Assembly: GCA_951406725.2 (NCBI GenBank)
Contig: OX597824.1
Coordinates: 14,260,001 to 14,324,000, forward strand
Direction: 5' to 3'
Length of the DNA: 64,000 nt
Origin: Octopus vulgaris
Taxonomy: Eukaryota
Made by a program: the position numbers and the translations under genes. This document shows positions 12,701 through 24,814 of the stretch, in pieces. Under the pieces are notes generated by a model, which saw only the letters and a list, made by a program, of their open reading frames with translations, had not been told where the DNA came from and did not search any database. Every line of letters starts with the position of its first letter. The first letter of the stretch is position 1.

Positions 12701-12898
12701 TTTTACCAATTTATATTCATGTTTTTTATAATAATTACTGGAATCCTTATATATTACTATATTTTATATCTTATATATAAAGAATAATATGCTATATGTA
12801 TGTATGTTATTATAATTATCAGTTTCATAAATAAGTTAACATTTTAATGTCCAAAAGTTGAATGAACCATCTATTGTTCTCCTCCATTTTCTTATTTG

Positions 12899-12971
<73 letters not shown>

Positions 12972-12995
12972 TACACACATACACACACACACACA

Positions 12996-13564
12996 CAGAC
13001 ATGCAGGAAGTAAATAGACACCTTTAATTTTCAAAAACTTTTATTTGAAATTAATTGGTTGAAGGTGAGGTTTTCTTCTAGCTGCTCATCCATAATACCC
13101 AAGCTTATGCAGATATGTAACACACGTTCTTGGATTAACTTCTAGCTGTTTTGCAATGACAGAAGCCTTGAAACACGATTCGTTTTCCACAATTCTCTTC
13201 AAAGAGCGAAGCCTCCTTTCCGAGGGCCCAGGTCAGATGTGACAAGAATCTATTGATTCTTTTCCTTGGCTTTTGAATTGCTTTATAATTCTATTAACAG
13301 TAGCAAGCGGAATTTGAAGATTTTCAGCAATTCTTCGCTGGCTAAGACCAACCTCAGATAGCCCAACCATACGACCTCTTTGAAAATCTGACACTTCTGC
13401 TGAATGTTTTTTGTGCATGGCATGGTAACAAATGTTTAATATAATGGTACCTGGAATGTAAAAGAATAATTACACTGTATATTCTACACCTCTGATAACA
13501 TATTAAGAAGATTAGATCAGAAAGTTTGGAAATTAAAGGTGTCTATTTACTTCCTGCATGTCTG
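12996..13564 (-). mobile_element. Internally deleted Tc1-like element
   Basis: 35-bp perfect TIRs CAGACATGCAGGAAGTAAATAGACACCTTTAATTT, TA at right flank; ORF 13233-13418 encodes a Tc1 N-terminal HTH ([11 protein letters not shown]...SQRRIA). Confidence 0.9.
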
Positions 13565-13946
13565 TATATATATATATATATATATTTTTTTATTATTATT
13601 TGAGGGAATATAAATCCAAACTTACAGGGAAAAAAATTCAATATAGAAATACCAAATCAAATTTCATACAATTATAATAAATATATATGAAAAATTAGAA
13701 AAAAAACACCTTTTATCAATTCAAAATGAACAATTAAATTACACCATCTAGAAAATTACATAGAGTAGAAATATTAAAATAACAATAAAAAAACAATAAA
13801 ATATCAATGATTAAGTAAATTGCAAAAAAAATAATAAAGTCGTATATAATTGGTAGAATAAATATACACTAGATGTGTCTGTGGCGCATTGGGTCTCAAC
13901 CATTACACGTTGAAAATGTCATGCATGGCGGCAAAGGAAAAAATGT

Positions 13947-15269
13947 TATTTAACTTTTGCTCTCCCTGCTGGCATGGCTCAGACACTTTGACTGGAGCTG
14001 ATGAGCCAAGGAACTGCACCAGGTTCCAGCCAGATATTGGCATGGTTTCTACAGCTAGGTGCCCTTCCTAGTGCCAACCACTCAAGGAATATAAATGGAT
14101 GCTTTTCCATGCCAGTGGCACGGGTGCCATTTACATGACATTGGCAACGACCATGACCATGATCCACGGGTAGGTACCATTTATATGGAACCAGCAATGA
14201 TCACAACTACAATGCATGGTTGGCATTTAGGGGGCACCGACAGCAAGAACAACCACAACTACAATTCACTGGTGCCTTTTACATGGCACTGGCAATGACC
14301 CCGACTACGGTGCACAGGTGCAATTTACATGGCACCAGGAAGGCCTCAACTACAATTTCACTTAACACAACATATTGCCAGAGCTCTCAGTCACTTGTCG
14401 TCATTTCTGAGAGGCCTAACGTTCGAAGATCATGCTTCCTCACCTCATTCCATGTCTTTCTGTGTCTACCTCTTCCACAGTTCCCTCCACAGTTAGAGAT
14501 TGACCCTTCTTTACACAGCTGTCCTCGTCCATATGCATCAAATGACCAAACCAATGCAACCGTCTCTCTTACACACCACATTTGATTCCCCTCATGCCCA
14601 GCTTTTCTCTCCAGACACAATCTTATTTCTTTATTGCCCACAAGGGGCTAAACATAGAAGGGACAAACAAGGACAGACAGAGGGATTAAGTCGATTAGAT
14701 CAACCCCAGTGCATAACTAGTACTTAAGTTATTGACCCAAATAACTTAAGTACTAATAATAATGAATAACTGTGGTGGTGGTAGTAGTGGCAATTGTAAT
14801 GGTATTAGTTGCAGCAGCAGCAGCAGTTGGACAGGTTGTAATTGTAATAGTAGTAGTAGTAATTGTGGTAATGGTGGTGGTGGTGGTGGTGGTGGTGGTG
14901 GTGGTGGTGGTGATGGTGGTGGTGGAAGCAGTAGTGTTGGTGGTGGTAATCTTAGCAGGGGCAGTGGGTTACGTTAACAGTGTTGGTGGTGGTTGCATTT
15001 GTAGTTGTAGTGACAGTGGAGGTAGTTGTTGGCCATGGGAATAGGAACACAGGTTCAGGCTCATCCTGGAGGAGGAGGAGGCGTGGGTGTGTGTGTGTGT
15101 GCTAAATCTGGTTTCAGGTTACAGGTTTCAAGTTTTGTTACAAGGCCAGCAATTTCAAACCCTTACCCTAACCTTCAAAACAAGATAACGAAACTGCATG
15201 CATGAATGAATGACATTTGCAACGATCAGGTGATATCAAGTCAAAGTAACACAGGTGAACACACATATG

Positions 15270-15309
<40 letters not shown>

Positions 15310-17426
15310 TACACACACAAACACACATCAGAAACAGGTGTGGTTTTGTGGTTTCAAGTCTTTATGCTGGTACACCACAGATCTGAATGTTGAATTTCAT
15401 GAGCTTCGGGCAACAGAATTACATATCAACCATTCATTTAACTTCATTTGGAAACATCCAGTAGGTAAGAATTTCCATTCCATCTGACATCTCTTTTTAT
15501 ATTTTTGCATTATTTGTCCCATTTTTAGAAATGTCATCATCATCATCAACATTGTTTTAATGTCCACTTTTCCAGGCTTGCTTGGCTCAGATACAACTTA
15601 CTGAAGCAGGTTCTCCTGTTGCCAAACCTTGCCTGTTTTCCAGCAATGGTGTTGCTTGTATGACAATGGCACTTGTTTACAACACACTGTCAAATCAAAG
15701 AAACGCAAGCACACACATATACACTTAGACAGGCTTCTTTCAGTTTCCATCAACCAACTCTACTCACAAGGCTTTCAGCCCTAAGTTATATTAGAAACAT
15801 TTGCCCAACACGTAATGTGTATATATGTAATATATATATATACATATATATATATATATTACATATAATAAAATGACTGTCACTGATAAAAGGAGGCTAA
15901 CACAACAAACGGATTCGAAGTTTAGTGACAGCAAAGATAACCACACACTCGCACACACAAACACACACTCACTGACATATGCACATATATATACATTCAC
16001 ATACATACAACTTTTGCTTTATATTTTCACAAATTGAGTATGTATGTATTGTATATGTATATTTGTGTATGTATGTATATTTTTATATGTTTGTATAGGT
16101 CTGTGAGAGGGCGGAGATGTACAATAAGCATCCCACCCCATTTGGTTTTGTTTGTTTTTTTTTGTGGGTGTTTTGCCTACAGATTCCGATGCTTTCGATT
16201 TTCACTTTTTATGAGAAGTTTTTTTCTGGGTGGAATTCACATAAATACGGAGATTTTGATTCGTGAATATTCCCGCCAACATTCCAGATGTTTTAAACTC
16301 GTTCGCTCATTTGCGCTTGTGTAGGAGATTATCAAATACAGCATGAAGTTACACTTAGAAGGTCTCTTCACATGCTAGAAATAATAGCCAAATCTCTTGA
16401 ATTTTTTAATAACATATAGACAAAAACGAAAATTGCAGCTGTAAAAAAAAATTGGGATCTTTCGGCTGCTGCTGTGGATATTTTAAAGTTTATTGAAAAT
16501 TTTATAATTTGGTGTATTGATATAGTTTTCCAAGCTGAATCTCAGGAGATATTTCACTTTTACTAGAAAAAAAGTTTTTTAAAGTTATAGAGATTTAAAG
16601 TTTGATAATTTTCACCCAATCAGGAAACAGGATTTTGAAGCTGTCATTTTATGCGTCATATGTTTTAATATGAAACTGTAAATAAATCAACTTCTGCTTT
16701 ATGCACAACATATAACCCCTCATAACTCTTCATTTTTTGAAATTTTCTGGAAATTTTTGTGAATTTGTATTTTACACCCAGGAATTCATACGATTAGGCA
16801 AAAACCAAAAAAAAAACTTGTGGGTGCATGATTCACATCTCTTGACCAGGGGACAAGCAGCAGATGGGCACAAACAGCAGAACACAGCTTCGATGCATAT
16901 GCTTTTGCATAGAATATATTTGTCAACACGTGCAATCTCGCAGACAAAAAAGTTCTCATGTTTGGCTTGTTACTATGGAAACAGGATGGGTCTTTTGGTG
17001 TGGTTGCCAGTTTTGGGAAAATTTTAAAATTTGGCACATTAATATACTTGCCCAAACTGAATTGCTGGAGTTATTTCACTTTTTCCAGAAAAATTGTTTT
17101 TTAAAAAATTATAGAGTTTTAAAATTTTGATCATTTTTGCCCAGACAGGAAACAAGATTTGGAAGCAGTCATTTTGTACCTGACTGCACATTTTGTCTTC
17201 AACATACTCAATTTTGCATGTGTTGTCAAGAAAGAATAAACAACTCCTAGGTGTAGGAGTGGCTGTGTGGTAAGTAGCATGCTTAGCAACCACATGGTTC
17301 TAGGCTCAGTCCCACTGCATGGCACCTTAGGCAATTTTTTTTACTATAGGTTCGGGCCGACCAAAGCCTTGTGATTGGATTTGGTAGACGAAAACTGAAA
17401 GAAGCTCGTTGTATATATGTATGTGC

Positions 17427-17478
<52 letters not shown>

Positions 17479-19873
17479 CAGTATCAGGTCAGTGGCACCC
17501 ACAACACTCTTGGAGTGTTTGGCATCCAACTCATACCAGCATGGGAAATGGACATTGAATGATGATGATTAGGATATATATAAACATGTATGTGGGTTAA
17601 TATCAAACAGTGAGGATGCGTGATCAACAGTGCAGTAATGGATAAATATCCTGTAGGTTAACAGGGCCGCCAAAGTTTTCATGCAAAGAGATCTTCACAA
17701 TTGTTCAAGATTGCCACAAGAAAGTGTTGGTACTTGTCTCCATTTTGGATAGGAATATTCCCATTCAAAATGGAGAGAAGTAATATTTTTCAGCAGTACA
17801 CAGGGAGCATATCTTGGAACCATTTATGAAAGGGTTAACATTGTCTATTAATGTCCAGCTTATATTTATATCAGTAACATTCTGACTTGAAATTCAAATT
17901 TGCATAATGGAGACATTCTGTTTCATAGTTAAATGTTACAGAAGTGTTTGTGTTGTCTTGCTTGTAGTTTAAATATAGGATTTGGTGGTTTGTACTTTTT
18001 ACAGTATTATTTCCTTATAGGCTGCATTTTTTTTAACCAATTTCCTTTTAATGGACATAACTTTGATCTCTTGCAGTTGCATCAGTTTTCAATTGTGACT
18101 TTCTTTTATATAGAGCTATTTAAATCTTGGATGCTGAGCATTTTGCTTTTTGTACAGCTATGGACATAATTGCCATTCAGTAAATAACATGATACTTGTT
18201 TCTTTGTTTAGGTCACAGAATATTCAGTGAGAAAGATGAACACAATGAGAACATTCAAACTCAGCTTCTTCTATTTAAGTCTATTATCAATAAACCAACC
18301 AAGCAAGGCTGATAATATACTTTTCCTTTCAATGCCCTGGTTCAGTCATGTTCAAAACCAAATTCATACAGCGATGAAATTAAAGGCATATGGCCACACA
18401 AGTTACTTCTCATTGCCACCTAAACTGATAACTCATTTCAAGAACGAAAATGGAATTAAATTCATTCCTATTAAAGAAGACCAAAATGTAAGCAGATTTA
18501 TTGAGTTATCTATGAAATACTTTTCAAGAAAGAAAGAAGGCAGCTGGCTTCAAATAAAACAGCTGATACAAAATATTTGTGACAACTTCCTCTTAGACAA
18601 GGATTGGTATCATTCTATAAAAGAACTAAATGCCTCTTTAGCAATTGTAGATTCTGCTTTCTTTAGTCAGTGTTTAGCTATTGTCCCATATAGGCTATCA
18701 ATTCCATTTCTATTTCAAGGTCTGGCTCTTGGACCACCTTCTTTAAGGAGAGTTCCTTGGAATCCAGCTGTGTTTCCACTTCTCAGTTTTGCACATTCTG
18801 ATAAAATGACATTTTTCCAAAAGCTTAAAAACACTCTTTTAACATGCAGCTTCTTTATCTTTTTCCCCATGGTTTCCCCATCAAAGAGTGTCAAGGAATA
18901 TGCCCCAGAAAAAAATGATATACCATTTGAAAGCGTTTTGCGAAAAGCTCAGTTATTCTTAACTGAGAGTGATCTGTTACTGAGTTATCCAAAACCCAGT
19001 CTCCCTTCTGAAGTATTTATTGGTGGAGTAGCAACTCATCCTTCATTGCCTCTACAAGGTGACATAAAGGAGTTTGTTGAAAGGTCTAAGCATGGAATCA
19101 TCATTGTTTCCTCTGGAGGTTACATAAGAGAGTTACCAAAAGAGCATATAGAGAAGATGGAGAAGGCTTTTAAAGAAATAAAGTATGATGTCATTTGGAA
19201 ACAACCAGACTCAAAGCAATTAGCATCAAACATCCTCATAAAACAATGGTTGCCACAAAATGATCTTTTGGGTCATCCAAAAACAAAACTCTTCATCACA
19301 CATTGTGGAATAAATGGTCTGTTTGAGTCTCTTTATCATGGAGTTCCAATGCTCGGATTTCCGATATTTGCAGATCAGTTTCACAATGGCCATCAAATGC
19401 ACGTAAAGGAATATGGAATTTCTATGGATATATATAATTACAATAAAGATGAACTTGTATCAAACATTAACGAACTGATTGAGAATTCAAAATATAAAAC
19501 TAATATAAAACTTGCCAGTGAAATATTTCATTCCCGTCCAGAACACCCAGCAGAAAGGGCTGCTCGGTATGTAGACCATGTGATAAAGTATGGCGGAGAT
19601 TATTTAAGATCGCCCTCTCAAAATATGCCTCTTTACCAATTTCTCATACTGGATATCTATGCTACATTTCTGGCTATAATCATAGCTGTTGTGTTGGTTG
19701 TTAAGTTTGTGCTTTCAAAATGTTATCGATGTTGTTTTGCGAAAAAGAAGAAAACAGAATAAACAGAAGCAATGTTATTGTAACTGACTGGTGAGGCAAT
19801 GAGCTGGCAGAATTGTTGCTATGCTGGACAAGATGCTTAGCAGCATTGCCATTCGTCTTTATGTTCTGAGTTC
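13947..19873 (+). repeat. Duplicated block, copy B (contains UGT-b)
   Basis: Colinear with 1283-9525. Confidence 0.92.
18236..19762 (+). CDS. UDP-glucuronosyl/glycosyltransferase (GT1 family), intronless CDS, copy b
   Basis: Same length and architecture as copy a; intact ORF, UGT signature, TM helix and KKKKTE; acceptor TTTAG ending 18211. Confidence 0.95.
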   Translation: MNTMRTFKLSFFYLSLLSINQPSKADNILFLSMPWFSHVQNQIHTAMKLKAYGHTSYFSLPPKLITHFKNENGIKFIPIKEDQNVSRFIELSMKYFSRKKEGSWLQIKQLIQNICDNFLLDKDWYHSIKELNASLAIVDSAFFSQCLAIVPYRLSIPFLFQGLALGPPSLRRVPWNPAVFPLLSFAHSDKMTFFQKLKNTLLTCSFFIFFPMVSPSKSVKEYAPEKNDIPFESVLRKAQLFLTESDLLLSYPKPSLPSEVFIGGVATHPSLPLQGDIKEFVERSKHGIIIVSSGGYIRELPKEHIEKMEKAFKEIKYDVIWKQPDSKQLASNILIKQWLPQNDLLGHPKTKLFITHCGINGLFESLYHGVPMLGFPIFADQFHNGHQMHVKEYGISMDIYNYNKDELVSNINELIENSKYKTNIKLASEIFHSRPEHPAERAARYVDHVIKYGGDYLRSPSQNMPLYQFLILDIYATFLAIIIAVVLVVKFVLSKCYRCCFAKKKKTE

Positions 19874-20659
19874 AGATTCTGCTGAGGTTGATTTCTCTTT
19901 TCATCCTTTCGGGGTCAATAAATTAAGTACCAGTTCTGTACTGGGGTCAATCTAATCAACCAGCCCCCCCCCTCAAAAATTTTGCATCTTGTGCCTAGAG
20001 TAGCAAAGAATTTTCATGCCAGCTAACCTTTTAGCAACTACAACATATATATTTATGCTCTCCAACATATTCCTCTCTCAGACTCACTCACTTATTGTAG
20101 CATTCCTTCAGTTTTTTTCTAAGCCCTGTAAAAGAACTTGGTAGGTTCGTCTTCCAACCAGGTTTTTGCGATACTCTTCAAGCCAGGAACTTTTCAGCAC
20201 CCCTTCATATAGATGTACATATATGTGTGTGTGTGTATGTGTGTATACATATATCATCATCATCATCATCATCATTTAATGTCCATTTTCCATGTTGGCA
20301 TGGGTTGGACGGTTCAACTGGGGTCTGGCAAGCTCGAAGGCTGCACCAGGCCAGTCAGATCTGGCAGTGTTTCTACAGCTGGATGCCCTTCCTAATGCCA
20401 ACCACTCCGAGAGTGTAGTGGGTGATTTTATGTGCCACCGACACAGGTGCCAGGCGAGGCTGGCAGACGGCCACGCTCAGATGGTGTTTTTATGTGCCAC
20501 CGACACAGGTGCCAGGCGAGGCTGGCAGACGGCCACGCTCAGATGGTGTTTTTATGTGCCACATATATATATACATATATATATATATACATATATATAT
20601 AATAAATTCAGGGTGAATACTTGATAAGTGTAAGCACCTGTATATGCCAGCCAGTAGCA

Positions 20660-21660
20660 GAGAGACAATGGCCTTCACTACCCCTATAGGAAACCAGAAG
20701 AAACCACTAGATATATTAACACATCATCCAATCACCCACCCTGTATAGTTGATACCACAGTCCAAGCTGTCTCTGACAGACTAATTAAGCTATCGTCAAA
20801 CAATAGTATCTTCGGTGATTACGTGCATCACTATAACCAAGCCCTCTCTAACGCTGGGTACTCCCAGAAAATATCTTTCGGCAAAAAATCATATGATAAA
20901 CCGCCTAGAACATCCGTCATCAAGAAAACTCCATCACATAAACGAACTAAGGATTCCGGAACCAATCATTTAAATTTGAATTTAAAATTAAATGAAATGA
21001 AATTAAATAGTTGCAATAAAAACACAGATTCAACTAATATAAATTCAAATTTAAATTCAAACGGGACGAAGAAACAAACAGATAGAAATCACACCAATAG
21101 AAATTTAGTTTATGAAAACCCTACCGATAGGAGTATCACAGATAATATTAGAAGACACAAGAGTAAGAACGGTAGATTACGTAACTATATATGGTATAAC
21201 ATACCATATAATATAGCAGTTAAGGGTAAATTATGCAAAAAAATACTTTCAATAATATCAAATAACTTTCCACCCACTCATAAATATAGAAACCTGGACG
21301 TTATCAAAGAAGCTTGAGAGGCGGTTGGATGGAACTTACATTCACCTCCTTATGAGAGCTCAAAATTTCTCATGGAAGCGCCATCCAACCAAAATGCAAA
21401 TATATGGGAAATTACCACCTGTGTCATCTCTTGTGAAAGGTAGGAGAGTCCAGTTTGCTGGACATTGTTGTAGAGCTGAAAACGATGTAATCTCCAGGGA
21501 TACAGGCATCCAGCAACAGGACCTCCGTAATGCCATGATGGACCGTGAAGTCTGGCGTAGCATGGTAAATTCCATTGTCTCGACCACGGTCGAACAATGA
21601 TGAATGATGATGATAAATATAATATCTTTTCAAATAAAACTATTAGGATATCATACTCAT
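20660..21660 (+). mobile_element. Penelope-like element ORF remnant (RT thumb/linker)
   Basis: KPEETTRYINTSSNHPP...LSSN..IF...YNQALSNAGY and RNYIWYNIPY...NFPPTHKY/NIFSNKTIRISYS resemble PLE motifs; split by a LINE insertion. Confidence 0.75.
21289..21612 (+). mobile_element. 5'-truncated RTE/RTEX-type LINE inserted in the PLE remnant
   Basis: ETWTLSKKLERRLDGTY...FAGH...DREVWR peptide, (TGA)n tail, TSD ATAAATATA at 21280-21288 and 21613-21621. Confidence 0.82.
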
Positions 21661-21769
21661 ATATGTATATGTGTATATGTGTTTATTTTTATGTATGCAT
21701 ATGCGGGGGTGTATATATGTGTATGTATATATGTATGCATATGTGTGTGTGTGTATGCATATGTAAGTG

Positions 21770-21833
<64 letters not shown>

Positions 21834-22118
21834 CTTGTATATTCGGGAATGTATAGGTATGTGGATATGTACATATGTGTGCATGTATATGTACGTATAC
21901 TTGTATATGCGTTAGGTATGTGTAGGTGTACATTTGTATGTGTATGTATATATGTATGTATATATATGTGTGCATATACATGTATGTATATAGGTGGGTG
22001 TATATATATATATGTATATATGCATATACAAATATGTATATATAGGTGTGTGTGTATGTATGTATGTATATGTGCGCGGGTGTGTGTATGTGTGAGCATG
22101 TGTGAATATGTACACGCA

Positions 22119-22152
<34 letters not shown>
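21655..22152. repeat. Compound (TA/TG)n microsatellite
   Basis: Direct reading. Confidence 0.95.
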
Positions 22153-22154
<2 letters not shown>

Positions 22155-22183
22155 AGAAAAAAGCAACAAGAATGGATTAGTTG

Positions 22184-22272
22184 TTCAGTACAATTGTTTC
22201 ATATGAAGAACAGCTTTATTAAAAGCTGCAAATATTGCAGCAAATACAAGTGTCCCGTATTCATCAGCCAGA
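22184..22272 (-). ncRNA. Minimal hammerhead ribozyme motif
   Basis: Minus strand: CTGATGA, stem II with inner hairpins, GAAA-CAATTG-TA (palindromic stem III). Confidence 0.55.
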
Positions 22273-22552
22273 GTTTTCCAAACATCCTAGGGAGTGAGGC
22301 TACATTCATGAAGTATTGAAGAGAGTTCTATAAAAAGCAAAGTTAGATTGTAAGCAGACTTCAAAAGTTCTCTAACGATGCACAGTTCTATAAAAGGTTT
22401 TTATATATATATATATATATGTTTATTGAGTTTTACATGGGTATGGTTATGTGTGTGTAATGATACCTACATCCGTACATATCATTAGTTGTATGAAACA
22501 GGTTTATATATGTGCGCATGGGTAAGTATGTAGACACACACACGCACACACA

Positions 22553-22928
22553 TCTTTATATATAAAAGTGAAGTTGTGTGGTGTCTGTCTCCTACGATTT
22601 AGATTCCTAACTACTCTCACATTTTGCGGTGCAGTTTAACCAAAACCGGGTATCTTATAGTCGTGATTCATATCGATCCCTTCTGGGTATTAGCGCGCGT
22701 CTACGATGAGTCTACAATTTTAAAAAAAATTTACCATCATTTTTTCCCATTTTTAATGCATTTTTGGCTGTTATATAAGAGAAGTAACTCTCTAAAAATG
22801 CTTATATAGTTACATTTTTTCCCATTTTTAATGCATTTTTGGCTATTATATAAGGGAAGTAACTCTCTAAAAATGCTTATATAGTTATTTCCCTTACAAA
22901 CCCGAGCAACGCCGGGCGATACTGCTAG
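22553..22928 (+). mobile_element. Non-autonomous Helitron-type element
   Basis: A|TC...CCCGAGCAACGCCGGG-CGATACTG-CTAG|T; internal ~70-bp duplication. Confidence 0.8.
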
Positions 22929-23622
22929 TATAAGATATACTTAAAGCACGTAGCAACAGATTGACATAAACTGACCACTCGCTACAACAATATCAAATTT
23001 CATTCGCCCTTCCTCCGGTAATTAGAAGTAATTTATGACGCTGACCACAGCATCAAAACTTTTTAACATCTTATCTCTCTATCTTAATTCTTTTGTCTTT
23101 GTATCCTTTTATTTTTATTTTTGTACATTTTACATTTTTATGATACATTTCTAGAATTTATGGCTTTATACCTTCCGCTTTTTATACTTTTTTATATTTT
23201 TATACTTTTTTATATCTTTATATTTTTATATTTTTATATTTTATTATATTTTATTGTATTATATCCATTTTATATTTATATTTTTACTTGTGATCCCATC
23301 ATTATTACCGTTTCCTTCTATTCCCCTCTATTCTTCTTTTTCTTTTTCTTTTTTGTTCTCAACCTTCAATTCTCCTTATTTCCTTCCCTTACAAGAGGAA
23401 TGAACCCGCTAGAATCTACCCAGCATTCACTCTGTATTGACTGATGATACAGTATGGACGGATTTTCGAAGTCCAATAATACCCTGCACACCTATTTCAT
23501 TATGAAGATTTACAAACATACCTTCTCAGTGAAACTCAATATACCTACCATTAATAGATAATACCAAATGTTCCTTTTCGGACTTTTCATAATGTGATAC
23601 AGGTCTTTGGTATAGCAATTGC

Positions 23623-23943
23623 ATGCGGCTGAAGAGAGCTTTAACCCTTTTGATACCAATCTGGCCAAAACCGCCTCTGGCTCTGTAGTACAAATGTCTT
23701 GTTTTCATAAGTTTTGAATTAAAATCTTCCACCAAATCTTAGTCACAATTTTTGTTCCTAACACTAGCTTAATGATAACTAAGTTCTTTTACTAAATTCT
23801 TTGTTATATTTAAGATAAATTGAATGAAACACAGAGCATCTCAAAATAAATACAGTAACAAAAGGGTTAAACCATCTGCTATGTTGATTATACATTGATG
23901 TAAGAATAGGTTGTTTTATAAAGCTTGAAACACGTGTACCGTG
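23623..23943 (+). ncRNA. Hammerhead ribozyme motif split by a MITE
   Basis: TGCGG-CTGAAGA-GAGCTTTA...TAAAGCTT-GAAA-CACGTG-TA-CCGTG; stems I, II and III all pair; MITE inserted at TTAA inside stem II. Confidence 0.6.
23645..23866. mobile_element. piggyBac-type MITE
   Basis: TTAA TSD on both sides, CCCTTT...AAAGGG termini; three more copies in the window. Confidence 0.85.
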
Positions 23944-24037
23944 ACATCCTTTGTGTTCTGTTTTTTATCTCACTTGATACATATATATATCTGTATACAA
24001 TAATTTCATTATTATTATTATTTTTTTATATCTATAT

Positions 24038-24352
24038 ATCTATAATATAAATTGGACGTGGGTGATTGTTGTATTCTTTCTTGTCTTGAGGTTCACAGCC
24101 AAACGGCTGGGTGGATTCACGTGAAAAATGGCACACATGTGGAGATGTGTGCATAGATTGGACTGCGGTTTGTATTTTTTTACTAGCCCCTACAGTTACC
24201 AAGAAAATTGATTAAAACTTTTCTAAAGGAATTCCCCCTGTTTGTTCCACCAAAATGATAAGGTTGAGAAACGCTGTTATAGATTATGTCTAACCAAAAA
24301 CGATCACAACCACATCATCCAAACAGACCAGGTGAAACCGGGCTTAGCTACT

Positions 24353-24354
<2 letters not shown>
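24038..24354 (+). mobile_element. Possible Helitron-type element (second family)
   Basis: TCTATAATATAAA start, AACGGCTGGGTGGATT motif, 3' imperfect hairpin and CTTG|T end. Confidence 0.45.
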
Positions 24355-24413
<59 letters not shown>

Positions 24414-24721
24414 GTATATATATATGTATATATATATGAGGCTCCGGCAGGGTGGTGGTGGCGGTCCCTGCTGTACTCTTTCGCCACAACTCTCTCTCAC
24501 TCTTTCTTCTGTTGGCCTGCTCGCTTAGCCAGCGGGGTGGCGTCATTTGAAGGCTAAAACAATGCGAAGCGCATTGTGACCAGCGATGTGTAGCAACATC
24601 TGATAGCCTGGTCGGTCACGGTGATCACGGTGATATATATATATATGTGTATGTGTGTGTGTGTGTGTGTGTGTCCAATGAGAAGAAGACAGAGAAAATT
24701 CTTTAACACATTTTTCATTAT

Positions 24722-24814
24722 AAGCTACAAATGTTTCTGTACCATATCCATTTGCAAAGAAAAATTACATAATATTTGTAGTTTTAGGTGTTGGAGAAGA
24801 ACTTCCTCAGACTT
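24722..24814 (-). ncRNA. Degenerate hammerhead ribozyme motif
   Basis: Minus strand: AAGT-CTGAGGA...GAAA-CATTTG-TA-GCTT; stem I pairs, stem II eroded. Confidence 0.45.

Noticed and set aside
14762-15044. Gly/Ser-rich and Val-rich ORFs
   Set aside because: (GGT/AGT)n microsatellite whose length differs between the duplicated copies
13947-19873. Copy B as an uncollapsed allelic haplotype of copy A
   Set aside because: Clustered amino-acid divergence, reciprocal indels and different flanks on both sides favour true paralogs, although read depth should confirm this
21597-22319. Long YI/CV-rich ORFs
   Set aside because: Open frames produced by TA/TG microsatellites
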